A program made the position numbers and the translations under genes. A DNA stretch of 52,846 bases from a virus. Its lineage: Duplodnaviria; Caudoviricetes. The stretch lies in the IMG/VR virus record IMGVR_UViG_3300047457_000684, positions 1-52,846 of that record, one strand, 5' to 3'. Positions 29,269 to 39,942 of the stretch are shown one piece after another. The notes beneath the pieces are model-generated. The model did not search any database. It saw nothing but the letters and a program-made list of their open reading frames with translations, and was not told where the DNA came from. Position 1 is the first letter of the stretch; every line of letters begins with the position of its first letter.

Positions 29269-30047
29269 TGTATGTAATCAGCGGCTATTGGATCGCTGGG
29301 TATGTCATCAGCGATAGCCAGGCAGCAGTCGTTAGCAATCTGCAGGGCGTTGCACCAAGTGCCATCATTGAGCTGTTTCAGCTTGAGCTGAACCAATCAC
29401 AGCATGGCGTCAATGAAACGTATTATTTTCATGCTGGCGTTAACGGTGCTAGTCAGGCGATCGTATGGGCAGGGCAGGAGTACATGGCGCTACCCATCGA
29501 GGCCGATGGTTTTGCTTGGAATGGTCAGGGCACCCTCCCGCGTCCGACATTGAGGGTAGCCAACGCACTCGGGACGATCACCACGCTGCTGTTGACGCTG
29601 CCTGACGGCTTGGAAGGCGCCAAGGTTACGCGGATCAGAACGCTAGCCAGATACCTAGATGAGTTTTCGTATGTTGCTGTTCAGTACGTCGAAGTAGGTT
29701 ACGCAGAAAGCGGCGACGAATACGCAGAATGGCCCCGTGAGGTGTATTACATCGACCGGATGTCAAATGAAACGCCCGATGTTGTTGAGTTTGAACTGTG
29801 TAGCATCTTTGACTTGGCCGGCATTAGAGCGCCGAAACGCCAGTGTATCACCCGCTGCCAGTGGAAATATCGCTCTGCAGAATGCAGCTACAACGACAAC
29901 AAATACTTTGATTCGACAGATAAACCAGTAGCAAATCTAAGTCAGGACGTATGCGGCAAACGTATCAGCAGCTGTGAAGCAAGGTTCGGCGTCAATCGGC
30001 GGCTTCCGTTTGGCGGCTATCCGGGCATCGGAGCGTATTCAGCATGA
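29268..30047 (+). CDS. Minor tail protein L (gpL-like)
   Basis: [45 protein letters not shown]. Confidence 0.92.
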   Translation: MYVISGYWIAGYVISDSQAAVVSNLQGVAPSAIIELFQLELNQSQHGVNETYYFHAGVNGASQAIVWAGQEYMALPIEADGFAWNGQGTLPRPTLRVANALGTITTLLLTLPDGLEGAKVTRIRTLARYLDEFSYVAVQYVEVGYAESGDEYAEWPREVYYIDRMSNETPDVVEFELCSIFDLAGIRAPKRQCITRCQWKYRSAECSYNDNKYFDSTDKPVANLSQDVCGKRISSCEARFGVNRRLPFGGYPGIGAYSA

Positions 30048-30751
30048 CCTGGCGTGATGCTGCTCTGGAGCACGCCAGAACTGAGGCGCCGCGTGAATCG
30101 TGCGGCCTGGTGGTGGTTATCAAGGGCCGTGAGCGGTATGTGCCATGTCGCAATATAGCCGCGCAGCCTGACCAGATGTTCGTGATCGCCCCCGAGGACT
30201 ACGCCGCTGCCGAAGACCTGGGCGAGGTGGTTGCGATCGTGCATTCGCATCCTGTGACCGCTGCAGTGCCCAGTGAGGCTGATCGGGTCGCGTGTGAAGC
30301 CAGCGGCTTGCCCTGGCACATTGTCAACCCAGCCCTGAAGAGCTGGGGTACATGCACACCCTGTGGCTACAAGGCCCCGCTGATCGGTCGCCAGTGGGTG
30401 TGGGGCATTACCGACTGCTGGAGCCTCGCTCGTGATTGGTACGCCGAACAGGGGATCATGCTGCGCGACTGGGACCGCCCGAGCGATCCGGCCGAATTTC
30501 TGGCGGCTCCGATGTTTGATCAGTGCTGGGCTGCGACTGGATTCCGCCAGCTCTCCGATAGCGAACCACTGGAGCATGGCGACTTGTTATTGATGAGCCT
30601 GAATGCGCCAGGCCTGAATCACTGTGGTGTGTTTCTTGAGGATGGCACCGTGCTGCATCACATTCAGGGCCGTCTGAGCAGCAGGGATTTGTTAGGCGGC
30701 TGGCTCCTAAAGTGTGTAGGTAGGAGGCTGCGTTATGCTGCGCAAGATTAA
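30044..30751 (+). CDS. Tail assembly protein K (JAB plus NlpC/P60)
   Basis: [22 protein letters not shown]. Confidence 0.92.
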   Translation: MTWRDAALEHARTEAPRESCGLVVVIKGRERYVPCRNIAAQPDQMFVIAPEDYAAAEDLGEVVAIVHSHPVTAAVPSEADRVACEASGLPWHIVNPALKSWGTCTPCGYKAPLIGRQWVWGITDCWSLARDWYAEQGIMLRDWDRPSDPAEFLAAPMFDQCWAATGFRQLSDSEPLEHGDLLLMSLNAPGLNHCGVFLEDGTVLHHIQGRLSSRDLLGGWLLKCVGRRLRYAAQD

Positions 30752-31334
30752 GCTCTACGGCCAGCTGGCGAAGTTTATTGGTCGTCGTGTTCTGCAGGCT
30801 GATGTTGCTACTGCTGCTGAAGCTGTGCGGTTTCTGCTGTCGAACTGGCCGGAGCTGGAGCAGCACATGGCGGATCAGCATTACCGGGTGAGTGTTGGTC
30901 GTTATGACGTATCAGTTGATGAGCTGCATGATCCAGCAGGTCGAGCAGATATTGAGATCGTGCCGGTGATTGCAGGAGCTGGAGCGACTGCACGGATTAT
31001 TGCTGGTGTTGTATTACTAGCTGTTAGCTTTCTCGCAACTGCAGGTGGTGGCGCAATCTTTGGAGCTGCATTCGCAAAGAATCTAGGATTACTGGCCGCT
31101 GGACAGGCTATCGGCGCTAGTCTCATTCTCGGCGGCGTTGCCCAACTCCTAACGCCTGTCCCCAAGATTCCTCAAGGCCCAGATACTCAATCAGACCCTA
31201 GAAAAACGTTCAATTTCTCAGGCCTACAGAACTCCAGCCGCGCCGGTACTCCGGTGCCGCTGGTGTTTGGAAAGACGCTTACCGGCAGTGTTGTGATCTC
31301 TGCTGGCATTGATACCGTTCAGGTGAAAGTATGA
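30735..31334 (+). CDS. Tail assembly protein I
   Basis: [10 protein letters not shown]...IVPVIAGA...[17 protein letters not shown]. Confidence 0.92.
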   Translation: MLRKIKLYGQLAKFIGRRVLQADVATAAEAVRFLLSNWPELEQHMADQHYRVSVGRYDVSVDELHDPAGRADIEIVPVIAGAGATARIIAGVVLLAVSFLATAGGGAIFGAAFAKNLGLLAAGQAIGASLILGGVAQLLTPVPKIPQGPDTQSDPRKTFNFSGLQNSSRAGTPVPLVFGKTLTGSVVISAGIDTVQVKV

Positions 31335-34300
31335 AGATCAGTGGCGCTGGTGGCGGCGGCAAGGGTGGCGGTGGCGGTAGTGCTCGTACACCGTCTACTG
31401 CACCAGATAGCCTTGATTCGCGCCAGTACGCAACGGTCATAGACCTGATCTCAGCTGGTGAGATCGAAGGGATCGTCTCAGACGGCAGCGCTGACGACGC
31501 CTATCTGAAGTCTGTATATTTCAACGACACACCAATCAAGAGTCAGGTTGGTAATTACAACTTTAAGGATGTAGAAATATACACACGCAATGGTACGCAG
31601 ACACAAGATCCGATCCCGTTTGCAGTTGGCACTGAAAACACAATCGGCCTAGGGGTCACAGTCCGCCAGGGTGTCCCTGCAGTCGTCACTGTGACTGATC
31701 AGGAAGTCGATGCCGTACGAGTTACGATCTCGATTCCAGCTCTCCAGCGGATTGATACGAAGACCGGCGACACCTCTGGATCATCGGTCACCATTGAACT
31801 TGCCGTATCGTATGCAGGTGGCAGCTACACAACAGTCGTTAATAGCGCTAACGGTGGCACGATCTCAGGCCGTACCGGTGATGAATATCGCAAGGACTAC
31901 CTAATCAACCTAAAGCGTCCGAATCCTACCGATAATGTCAGCATCAGAGTTACACGTGTCACACCAGACAGCACTGATCAGCTACTGAGCAATGATACAC
32001 AGTTTCTTAGCTATACAGAAATCGTCTACGCCAAGTTGGCCTATCCCAACTCTGCACTGGTTGGCCTGCGTGTTGACGCCGAACAGTTTAGCAGCATCCC
32101 ATCGCGCAAATACTTAGTTAAGGGAATCAAGGTACGAATTCCGAATGGCGTTACAGTTGATCCTGATAATGGCCGCATTATCTATCCTGCTAATTTTGTG
32201 TGGGATGGAACGTTTGCACCAGCGACATGGACAGCATGCCCAGCCTGGATCTTGTATCACCTGCTTACCGACACAACGGATGGATTTGGTGATCACATTC
32301 TCACGCCATCTGAGCGGGCATCCTTTACAGGTAATGCTGCTAACCTCGACAAGTGGGCTTTCTACGCAGCGAGCAAATACGCCAATCAGCTCGTTGATAC
32401 GGGCCTTGGTGATGGCAAGAAGGAAGCACGGTTCTCCTGTAACTGCACGATCCAGACTGCAGAGGAAGCCTACAAGCTAATCAATGATCTGCTTTCAGTG
32501 ATGCGTTGCCAGGGCTTTTGGAGCAATGGCGGCCTCACGATTGCGCAGGATGCACCAGCAGATCCGAGCTACCTATTCACTAACGCAAATGTCATCGATG
32601 GTGTTTTCCGTTATAGCGGTAGCAGTCTTAAGACCCGGCCTAATGTTGCGATCGTTAGTTACCTAGACCTGGATCTCAAAGACATCGCCTACGAGGTGGT
32701 GGAGGATGCCGAGGCTATCGAAAAGTACGGTGCGGTTCGTACTGAAATCTCGGCGTTTGCCTGCACCAGTCGCGGACAGGCAAACCGCATCGGTCGCATG
32801 CTGCTCTATACCGAGCGGTACGAGAAGCAAGTTGTAGCGTTCACCGTTGGCGTCGATGCTGGTATCGCTGTACGACCTGGACAGGTAATCAAAATTGCCG
32901 ATCGAATGAAAGCCGGATCGCGGCGTGCTGGGCGGATCGCTGCCGCCACGCTTACGACCGTGACAGTAGACGATACAGCAGAAACAGATTTGTCTGCTCC
33001 TGGTGGCTCTACGTTCAGCGTGGTGTTGCCGGATGGCAGCGTTGAAAGCCGCGAGGTGTCGTCTATTCAGGGGAATATAGTGACGGTCCAGGCACCATAT
33101 TCAACAGTGCCAAATAGAAACTCAATCTGGATGCTGGAATCACCGGCATTGCAAAGCTCGCTGTGGCGTGTGTTGGCTATCGAAGAACAGGATGGGATTA
33201 ACTATGCGGTTACAGCACTTGCGCATAACCCGAGTAAATACGCCTACATTGAAAACGGTGAGCCGTTGCAGCAGCGTGATATTACGAATCTGAACCAGAT
33301 TCCGCCTTCTCCTGAAGCGCTAGCGCTTAACACCAGCAATGGTGCTGAGCAGCAGTATGTTCTAAATGGTCGTGTTGCTGTACGGATTACGTTCAGCTGG
33401 AAGCCGGTTGCTGGCATCAAATACTACCGTGTGAAGTACCGCCACGAAGATGATAATTTCACCACTGTTCAGTCACAGGGGCCGGTTTTCAATATCGAAG
33501 ATGTAAAGCCTGGTGTTTATGAGATTCAGGTTTCAAGCATAAGCGCAAGCGGCATCTTATTTAGCGAGCCAGCCATTGCGCAATATACCGTCCAAGGTAT
33601 TGGAGCAGCGCCTAGCAATGTTACAGGCTTGAGTCTTACGGCAATCAGTGAAACACAAGCCATTCTGACCTGGAACGAAGCCACTGATCTTGATGTCCGT
33701 GTTGGTGGCCGCGTGATTATCCGCCATGACCCGAGATCGGCAGCACAAGCGGAATGGGGTGCTTCTAACCAGGTCGTTGATGGTGTTGCTGGCACTTCTA
33801 CTCAAAAACAGGTGCCGCTTATCCCTGGCACCTATCTGGTGAAGTTTGAGGACTATACCGGAGCACGATCAGTTAATGCGGCTATGCTGTACGTGAACCT
33901 GCCACAGTATCAGGCGAGGCTACACCTTGGGTTATACGTCGCTGAGAACTATGTCCTTGATTACTACGCTGGCGGCGTGCGATGGCGCGATGATCTGCGG
34001 CCTACACCGTTTGACGGGACCAAGCTGAACGTTGCCTATGACAATGCTGAGACGGCGTTGCTGCTGGCGCCTGATCTGTATGTTGCTGCAGATTATGCCG
34101 ACGAATACTACGTCCTAGGCGGCCAGGCTGGTGAATACACGTTCGCTGAGACTCTGGATATGGGCGCAGTGTATGACGTGTTCTTCTATCGCAATATCCT
34201 AAGCCGCACTATTTCATCTGGCACGTTGTTTGATAGCACGTCTGGCCTCTTCGATTCTCAGGTTGGGTTGTTTGATGGTGTCAGTGAAGATGTCTCTAAC

Positions 34301-34714
34301 GTTACGGTCTACATCCGTACCACGAACGACGACCCGAGCGGTTCTCCGAGCTGGGGCAACTGGAACGAGCTGGTTCATTCCACGATTCGTGGCAGGGGAT
34401 TCCAATGCAAGGCGGTCCTCACCATCGCCAGTCAGCAGGCGAAGCTGGCGGTCGAGGAACTGGGCGTGATCCCGTACCTGCAGCAGCGCTCGGAGGTGAG
34501 CGTGGCGCCGACTCAGGAGTCTGCTATCACGTATCCTGCCGCGTTCTATGACGTAAACGCACTGGGGATCACACCACTGGATCTGCAGGTTGGTGATCTG
34601 TATTCAATCAGTAGCTCTAGCGCTACTGGCTTCTCAGTGAATTTCACATCAGGCGGTCTCCCTATAGTGAAGGCATATAACTATGCTGCGACGGGCTTTG
34701 GTCGGAGGATCTAA
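31331..34714 (+). CDS. Tail tip / host specificity protein J
   Basis: DLISAGEIEG, YPNSALVGL, WDGTF, PAWILY, ACTSRGQANR, Fn3-like repeats. Confidence 0.95.
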   Translation: MKISGAGGGGKGGGGGSARTPSTAPDSLDSRQYATVIDLISAGEIEGIVSDGSADDAYLKSVYFNDTPIKSQVGNYNFKDVEIYTRNGTQTQDPIPFAVGTENTIGLGVTVRQGVPAVVTVTDQEVDAVRVTISIPALQRIDTKTGDTSGSSVTIELAVSYAGGSYTTVVNSANGGTISGRTGDEYRKDYLINLKRPNPTDNVSIRVTRVTPDSTDQLLSNDTQFLSYTEIVYAKLAYPNSALVGLRVDAEQFSSIPSRKYLVKGIKVRIPNGVTVDPDNGRIIYPANFVWDGTFAPATWTACPAWILYHLLTDTTDGFGDHILTPSERASFTGNAANLDKWAFYAASKYANQLVDTGLGDGKKEARFSCNCTIQTAEEAYKLINDLLSVMRCQGFWSNGGLTIAQDAPADPSYLFTNANVIDGVFRYSGSSLKTRPNVAIVSYLDLDLKDIAYEVVEDAEAIEKYGAVRTEISAFACTSRGQANRIGRMLLYTERYEKQVVAFTVGVDAGIAVRPGQVIKIADRMKAGSRRAGRIAAATLTTVTVDDTAETDLSAPGGSTFSVVLPDGSVESREVSSIQGNIVTVQAPYSTVPNRNSIWMLESPALQSSLWRVLAIEEQDGINYAVTALAHNPSKYAYIENGEPLQQRDITNLNQIPPSPEALALNTSNGAEQQYVLNGRVAVRITFSWKPVAGIKYYRVKYRHEDDNFTTVQSQGPVFNIEDVKPGVYEIQVSSISASGILFSEPAIAQYTVQGIGAAPSNVTGLSLTAISETQAILTWNEATDLDVRVGGRVIIRHDPRSAAQAEWGASNQVVDGVAGTSTQKQVPLIPGTYLVKFEDYTGARSVNAAMLYVNLPQYQARLHLGLYVAENYVLDYYAGGVRWRDDLRPTPFDGTKLNVAYDNAETALLLAPDLYVAADYADEYYVLGGQAGEYTFAETLDMGAVYDVFFYRNILSRTISSGTLFDSTSGLFDSQVGLFDGVSEDVSNVTVYIRTTNDDPSGSPSWGNWNELVHSTIRGRGFQCKAVLTIASQQAKLAVEELGVIPYLQQRSEVSVAPTQESAITYPAAFYDVNALGITPLDLQVGDLYSISSSSATGFSVNFTSGGLPIVKAYNYAATGFGRRI

Positions 34715-35670
34715 TGGCGCAGTCTGATCAGATTGTCCAGGACGCGACATTTCCGACCGTACGGGCGGACATCAACGACAACCTGGCGGCGCTGTTTTCG
34801 CAATCCAGTGGGCCGAGCGCACCCGCGACAACGGTTGCATTCCAGCCGTGGGTGGATACCTCATCCACGCCTCCGGTTTGGAAGGTGCGCAATGCCAGCA
34901 ATAATGGCTGGATCACAGTTGGCGTCCTAGATCCTGCAGGGTTCAAGACTGGTGGGGTCACGCCGATTGTCAATGGTGGCACTGGCGCGACGACGGCAGC
35001 AGCGGCGTTAGCTGCATTGTTGCCATCGCAGACTGGTCAAGCTGGCAAGGGTCTTACGACTGATGGAACGGTCGCCAGCTGGGGCACAATTGCCGCTGGA
35101 GCCAGTATTCAGATATTTACAGGATCTGGCACCTATACGCCAACAGCAGGCAAGACTACGTTCTTGGTATTTGCTACGGGTGGTGGTGGTGGTGGTGGTG
35201 GTGGTTCTTCTTCAGGGACAACATACACATCTGGAGGCGGAGGCGGAGGCGGAGGTACTGGTATTCAACTGTTCACATCATTAAGCCTTGGCGCTAGCGC
35301 AACTATCACCATCGGAAATGGTGGAGCAGGTGGAACTACTGCCTTTTCAACTTCTTCAACAGCGGGTTCAAATGGTGGATCATCTAGTGTCACTCCTGCA
35401 AACGGATCTACTCCTATTCTGACTGGTCAAGGCGGCGCAGGTGGTGGACGCGGTGTTGCCTCTTCGACTCCTCCCGTAAATGGCAGTGGTGGCAATGGCG
35501 GCGGAACTATAAATAGCATTCTGAATATCACAGGTTCTGCCGGTAATGATCGCCTTGCAGGTGTTTCTTTTTGGGGCTCTACGATTGCTGGAGGGGGTAC
35601 GGGTGGCATTGGTCCAGGCATAAATGGCACTGCTGGTCAGCCTGGCGTCGTCTTGATTCTGGAATGGTAA
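34714..35670 (+). CDS. Glycine-rich tail fibre protein
   Basis: VRADINDNLAAL N-terminus; poly-Gly C-terminal domain ending GVVLILEW. Confidence 0.8.
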   Translation: MAQSDQIVQDATFPTVRADINDNLAALFSQSSGPSAPATTVAFQPWVDTSSTPPVWKVRNASNNGWITVGVLDPAGFKTGGVTPIVNGGTGATTAAAALAALLPSQTGQAGKGLTTDGTVASWGTIAAGASIQIFTGSGTYTPTAGKTTFLVFATGGGGGGGGGSSSGTTYTSGGGGGGGGTGIQLFTSLSLGASATITIGNGGAGGTTAFSTSSTAGSNGGSSSVTPANGSTPILTGQGGAGGGRGVASSTPPVNGSGGNGGGTINSILNITGSAGNDRLAGVSFWGSTIAGGGTGGIGPGINGTAGQPGVVLILEW

Positions 35671-35855
35671 TGAACTACGCCATCATTGACACCTCTACCA
35701 ATCTCGTTGTTAATGTCATCATCTGGGATGGCAACCCACCATGGCAGCCGCCTACAGACACCATCGCCGTTCCACTCAGCGACGGCGCAGGAATCGGCTG
35801 GTCCTATGTCGATGGCGTCTTCAACCCACCTGAGCCGGCGGCTGTTGATCCTTAG
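35670..35855 (+). CDS. Small fibre-associated protein
   Basis: MNYAIID...VVNVIIWDG...GIGWSYVDGVFNPP; TAATG coupling. Confidence 0.7.
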   Translation: MNYAIIDTSTNLVVNVIIWDGNPPWQPPTDTIAVPLSDGAGIGWSYVDGVFNPPEPAAVDP

Positions 35856-35879
35856 CCTTTTGGTAGGCACTTCTAAGCG

Positions 35880-36125
35880 ATGGCTGACAACCATTCCCCG
35901 CCATCGTTCAGCTGGGCGGGCGTCAAACAAGAAGCAATTGCTGGCTTGATCACCATTGCGGCAGCATCAGCCGTTGGCGGTATTGGTTACATAGCCTACA
36001 CTGTACCTAGCAAACTTGATCACGTCATTAAAAACCAAGAAGAGTACAGAGGCCGATTGATCAAACTCGAAGCACAGAACGAAGAGCAAGAGGTAAGAAT
36101 CATCAAACTGGAGATGCGAAAATGA
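35880..36125 (+). CDS. Membrane protein, putative holin/antiholin
   Basis: One TM segment plus coiled coil, upstream of the endolysin. Confidence 0.5.
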   Translation: MADNHSPPSFSWAGVKQEAIAGLITIAAASAVGGIGYIAYTVPSKLDHVIKNQEEYRGRLIKLEAQNEEQEVRIIKLEMRK

Positions 36126-36331
36126 CCATCACTCCTGATCACGTTGATGTGCTGATTGGTTTCGGCTTATTCTTTCTCTCTGAGTATTGCGGAATCAACA
36201 GCAAGCTGAAATCTAACAGCGTTCTGCAGCTTCTCTTTGCCGTGGCATTGAGGGCGTTCCCGTATGAGGTGCGCCGCAAGCAGCCGCCGGAATCGGCGAA
36301 AAGCAGCATTCTGAACGTATTCCGCCGATGA
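36122..36331 (+). CDS. Putative holin
   Basis: Hydrophobic segments (LIGFGLFFLSE...KSNSVLQLL), coupled to the endolysin. Confidence 0.55.
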   Translation: MTITPDHVDVLIGFGLFFLSEYCGINSKLKSNSVLQLLFAVALRAFPYEVRRKQPPESAKSSILNVFRR

Positions 36332-37494
36332 CCATTGCAACCGTTCGCGCTGCTGCGGAGCACATTGCCCGCACCGGCACCATCACGCCGCATCAGCTGG
36401 CCGCTCTGACAGCGCATGACGAGCGCCTCACCGACGAGCAGCGCCAGGCCTTCAGCGCCGACTGGAGAGCACAGGGCAGCCCAGCAGCACCATCGCCACC
36501 GCCGCCGTGGTTGGCGCCAGCACTCCAGATCATCCGAGAGTTTGAAGGCTGCAGGCTCACCGCCTACCAGGATTCCGTAGGGATTTGGACGATCGGATGG
36601 GGCTCGACTCGGCTGATTGATCGGCCAGTTCAACAGGGCGATGTGATCACCCGCGAACTGGCTGATGATCTGCTGCAGAACGATGTTGAGATCCGCTACC
36701 GGCAGCTGCTCGGCCTCATGCCGGTGCTCAGCTACTGGAGCGCTAACCGGATCGCCGCGCTGCTCAGCTGGGCCTACAACGTCGGCATGACCGCCGTGGC
36801 TGAATCCAGCCTGCGGCGGCGCATCATCGATCGCGAAGACCCGCTAACTGTGATTCGCGAGGAACTGCCGCGATGGAATAAGGCCAATGGCCAGCCGCTG
36901 GAGGGCCTCACCCGCAGACGCACGGCTGAGGTGGCGTTATTCGTCGGCGGCTCAGCCAAACCATTCAAAGCACCTGCCAACATGATCGGCCCAACAAAAC
37001 GACCTGATCTCAAGCCCGGCGATCACCACCTAATCGCCAACGACGTGGCTGAAACCATGACGGCCTACAGCCATGATGGAAAACGGCTATGGCAGATCCC
37101 CTGCCTCTGCCGTGGCCAGGGCCGTGAAGCCGAATGGAACACCACCGGCACCGATACACCTCCAGGCCTGTATCTGGTGGGCACGGTGCATCGCGACTAT
37201 GAGAAGGATCCATCGGCCACATTCACCGCTGATCGCCGTGCCTACGGCTGGTTCTCATTTGATCTGCTGGGCCAGGAAGGTCAAGAAGGTCCCGGCAGCC
37301 GCTACGGCCGTGACGGGATCATGATTCACGGCGGCGGTACAGCCTGCGGCTGGCCTGGGGCTTGGGCGCCGCGGCAGGCGTTGCATCCCACCCTCGGCTG
37401 CATCCGGTTGCACAATGCGGATCTGCGCGATCGAATCCTGCCGTTGCTGGGGTTGGGCAGGATCTGGGTGTCGGTGTATCAGGAGGCTGGCTAG
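36328..37494 (+). CDS. Endolysin: GH24 lysozyme fused to a YkuD/L,D-transpeptidase-like domain
   Basis: FEGCRLTAYQD..IWTIGWG...AYNVG...GLTRRR; C-terminal IMIHGGG...TLGCIRL. Confidence 0.85.
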   Translation: MTIATVRAAAEHIARTGTITPHQLAALTAHDERLTDEQRQAFSADWRAQGSPAAPSPPPPWLAPALQIIREFEGCRLTAYQDSVGIWTIGWGSTRLIDRPVQQGDVITRELADDLLQNDVEIRYRQLLGLMPVLSYWSANRIAALLSWAYNVGMTAVAESSLRRRIIDREDPLTVIREELPRWNKANGQPLEGLTRRRTAEVALFVGGSAKPFKAPANMIGPTKRPDLKPGDHHLIANDVAETMTAYSHDGKRLWQIPCLCRGQGREAEWNTTGTDTPPGLYLVGTVHRDYEKDPSATFTADRRAYGWFSFDLLGQEGQEGPGSRYGRDGIMIHGGGTACGWPGAWAPRQALHPTLGCIRLHNADLRDRILPLLGLGRIWVSVYQEAG

Positions 37495-37684
37495 GGCACC
37501 ACGCCTCCACCGCTGCGGCACATTGCCTCCAGCACCGCTAACGCTCGGACGCCGCTTGCGCATTCCACACGCTGGCCACCACCTACCACAACCCAGCAAA
37601 CCGACCCACGATCATCAACATCAACCGTCAGATAAGGCTGCTCCACATCTGAGGCTGTCATTGCTACCAAGGCTCATACCCTTA

Positions 37685-38653
37685 TCAGCCTGCTGACAGA
37701 AGCCGTATTGGCAAGCACAACTGGCCATCTACTACCGTCAGCCGCCGCCGCCGTTTCCAGCATGGCCTGATCGTATTGGCGGATCGTGTCGTAGGAATTG
37801 CCACCAATACCAGCTGAAGTGCCATCCCGCGAAGCTGCTGCTCCAGCAGCCGCAGCCGGGCTTCAACACGGCGAACACTCCAGCCCACAGCACGCGCCAC
37901 ATCCTGCGGAGTGCGTTCTTCGCCATCCAACTGATAAGCCAGGCTCACGAGTTGGCGATCTGCTGGCGGTAGCCGATTCACCAAGCCCCGTAGCTGCTCC
38001 GCCTGCCGCAGCCGTTCTGCCCGTTCCTCAAGATCCTCCAGGCTTGGGTCATGACAGGCGATCGTCTCACCCAGCTCCAGCCCGTCATCACTCACGATCA
38101 AATCCAGTGATGCCACCGGCCTGGCGTTGATCGCTAGCTGCTCGAACACCGCCATGCTCACACCGAGCTCAGCTGCGATTTCCTCCCTGGTGGGCGTGCG
38201 GTTCAGCTCAAGCTCTAACCGCTGCACCACCGGGCCCAGGCGGCTGAGGTGTTGGGAGTGGCTGCCCGGTATCGCCACGATCCGGCCATGGCGATCACAC
38301 CATGCGTTGACGCTCTGTCGAATCCACCAATAGGCGTAGGTGGAGAACCGGTATCCCCTGGTGGGATCAAACCGCTCAACTGCTTTGATCACGCCCTCGT
38401 TTGCCGCCTGGATCAGCTCGTCGGTGTCGTATGCGCGCGCTAGGCGCTGACAGCGTTTCTGGACGTAGGAAACCGCCAGCCTGAGATTGGCGGTGATGAA
38501 TCGTTCCCGCGCCCGCTGCCCGCGCCGTCTGATGCCCGGCGGACAGGGTTCGGGGTGATTGAGCCAGCGCTGAATGGCGGTGCCCAGTTCGATTTCCTCA
38601 GCTGGCGTGAGGAGCGGCACGCGGCCGATGGTGTTCAGCCACCACTGGGACAT
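37685..38653 (-). CDS. Phage-encoded sigma-70 family factor (group 2-like)
   Basis: PLLTPAEEIEL, ANLRL, AVERFDPTRGYRFSTYAYWWIRQ, PTREEIAAELG. Confidence 0.95.
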   Translation of the reverse strand: MSQWWLNTIGRVPLLTPAEEIELGTAIQRWLNHPEPCPPGIRRRGQRARERFITANLRLAVSYVQKRCQRLARAYDTDELIQAANEGVIKAVERFDPTRGYRFSTYAYWWIRQSVNAWCDRHGRIVAIPGSHSQHLSRLGPVVQRLELELNRTPTREEIAAELGVSMAVFEQLAINARPVASLDLIVSDDGLELGETIACHDPSLEDLEERAERLRQAEQLRGLVNRLPPADRQLVSLAYQLDGEERTPQDVARAVGWSVRRVEARLRLLEQQLRGMALQLVLVAIPTTRSANTIRPCWKRRRRLTVVDGQLCLPIRLLSAG

Positions 38654-38738
38654 GGTTCACCGCATTGCTGTCCGCCCATCGTAGCCGTGCGGATCTGGAA
38701 GTGAACTGCTAGGGTTCCGCTGTTGTTTTGATTGGTTC

Positions 38739-39287
38739 ATGCCGTCACTGTTTGACCTAACCGGCGAGGCGCTCGCCATCCAGCGCCAGATCAATGAATC
38801 CGCTGAGCTCCTGTTTTCTGACGATCCGGCCGAGGTAGCTCAGGCCACGGCCACCCTTGAAACCCTCATCAGCGCTGAGGCGGACACACGCCAGGCGGTG
38901 CGGACCAAGGCCGATGCCTGGTGTTGGGTGATCGATCACCTCCGGGCGCAGGCGGCCACTCGCGTGGCTCACTCCAAGCGGCTGGCCGATCTCGCAGCAG
39001 CAGCCGAGCAACAGGCCAATGCCCTGCAGGATCGGCTAATCACCGCGCTGCAGCGGGTTGATCCTGATGCCACTAGCTGGGAACTGCCGGATCACAAGCT
39101 GAGCAGCAGGCTCAGCACCGCCGTGGAGATTGAGCCCAACGTGGCCGCCACTGATCTGCCAGATCGTTTTCAGCGCGCCCGTACCACATACACACCCGAC
39201 AAAACCGCCCTCAAGGCTGCTCTGCAGGCTGGTGAGCAGATTGAAGGTGTCGCCCTGGTGCAGCGCCGTAACTGGAAAATCGGCTGA
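38739..39287 (+). CDS. Siphovirus Gp157 family protein
   Basis: SLFDLT...KAD...PDKTALKAALQAGEQIEGVAL. Confidence 0.85.
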   Translation: MPSLFDLTGEALAIQRQINESAELLFSDDPAEVAQATATLETLISAEADTRQAVRTKADAWCWVIDHLRAQAATRVAHSKRLADLAAAAEQQANALQDRLITALQRVDPDATSWELPDHKLSSRLSTAVEIEPNVAATDLPDRFQRARTTYTPDKTALKAALQAGEQIEGVALVQRRNWKIG

Positions 39288-39323
39288 TCTCATTTCATCC
39301 ACTTCCGAAACCACATCACCACA

Positions 39324-39668
39324 ATGCCGAAACCGCTCCACTGCGAAACCGTGATCTCTGATGCCGTGCTCCAGGCGGCACGAAACGCTATCCCTGCTGA
39401 CCCATCTCGATGGGTCAACCTGCCTCCTGTGGGTGTGCGCAATCAGCCATTGTTGCCACTCTTGGTAGCACTTATTGACGCCACGCGATGCACTGCTGCT
39501 GCGGTGGCTGATAACGCCTGGGATGATTGCCACCCGCTCCCTTACAGCCTGGCGGAAGAGCTAGCCAAAACACTCCGCTCCACAGCAGATGATCTGATCA
39601 ACGCCACACAGTGCCCTGATTCAAGCGGCTGGTCGCTGCCTTCCTTCAGTGGTAAGGAGTTGGTATGA
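39324..39668 (+). CDS. Hypothetical protein
   Basis: ORF coupled to the next gene. Confidence 0.55.
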   Translation: MPKPLHCETVISDAVLQAARNAIPADPSRWVNLPPVGVRNQPLLPLLVALIDATRCTAAAVADNAWDDCHPLPYSLAEELAKTLRSTADDLINATQCPDSSGWSLPSFSGKELV

Positions 39669-39928
39669 ACCACGTTCTTAGCGAGTCTTCGCTGCAATTT
39701 ATTCGTAGCACACCGACACCAGCGCGAATCCTGGCCGACGGTTATCGCGTGCCTACAAGCGTGATCTACAAAATCAAGAACGGCACCTATCGTTTTCCAG
39801 ACATTAAGGAACCGGCACCACAGAAACGCATCGGTGCATCGTGTGATCAATGCATCCATTGGTCGAATCGTTGCACACTTGATTTCCCTGATGCCAACGC
39901 AGAGGACTGCGGAGCATATCAGCCATGA
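39665..39928 (+). CDS. Small HTH-like protein with Cys cluster (candidate recombination directionality factor)
   Basis: SCDQCIHW..RC.LDFP...DC, similar to the C-terminus of 851..1336; convergent on the integrase. Confidence 0.5.
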   Translation: MNHVLSESSLQFIRSTPTPARILADGYRVPTSVIYKIKNGTYRFPDIKEPAPQKRIGASCDQCIHWSNRCTLDFPDANAEDCGAYQP

Positions 39929-39942
39929 CCGCACGTGAAGCG

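Noticed and set aside
35178-35255. GGT/GGAGGC microsatellites as phase-variation tracts
   Set aside because: In-frame poly-Gly of a glycine-rich fibre domain
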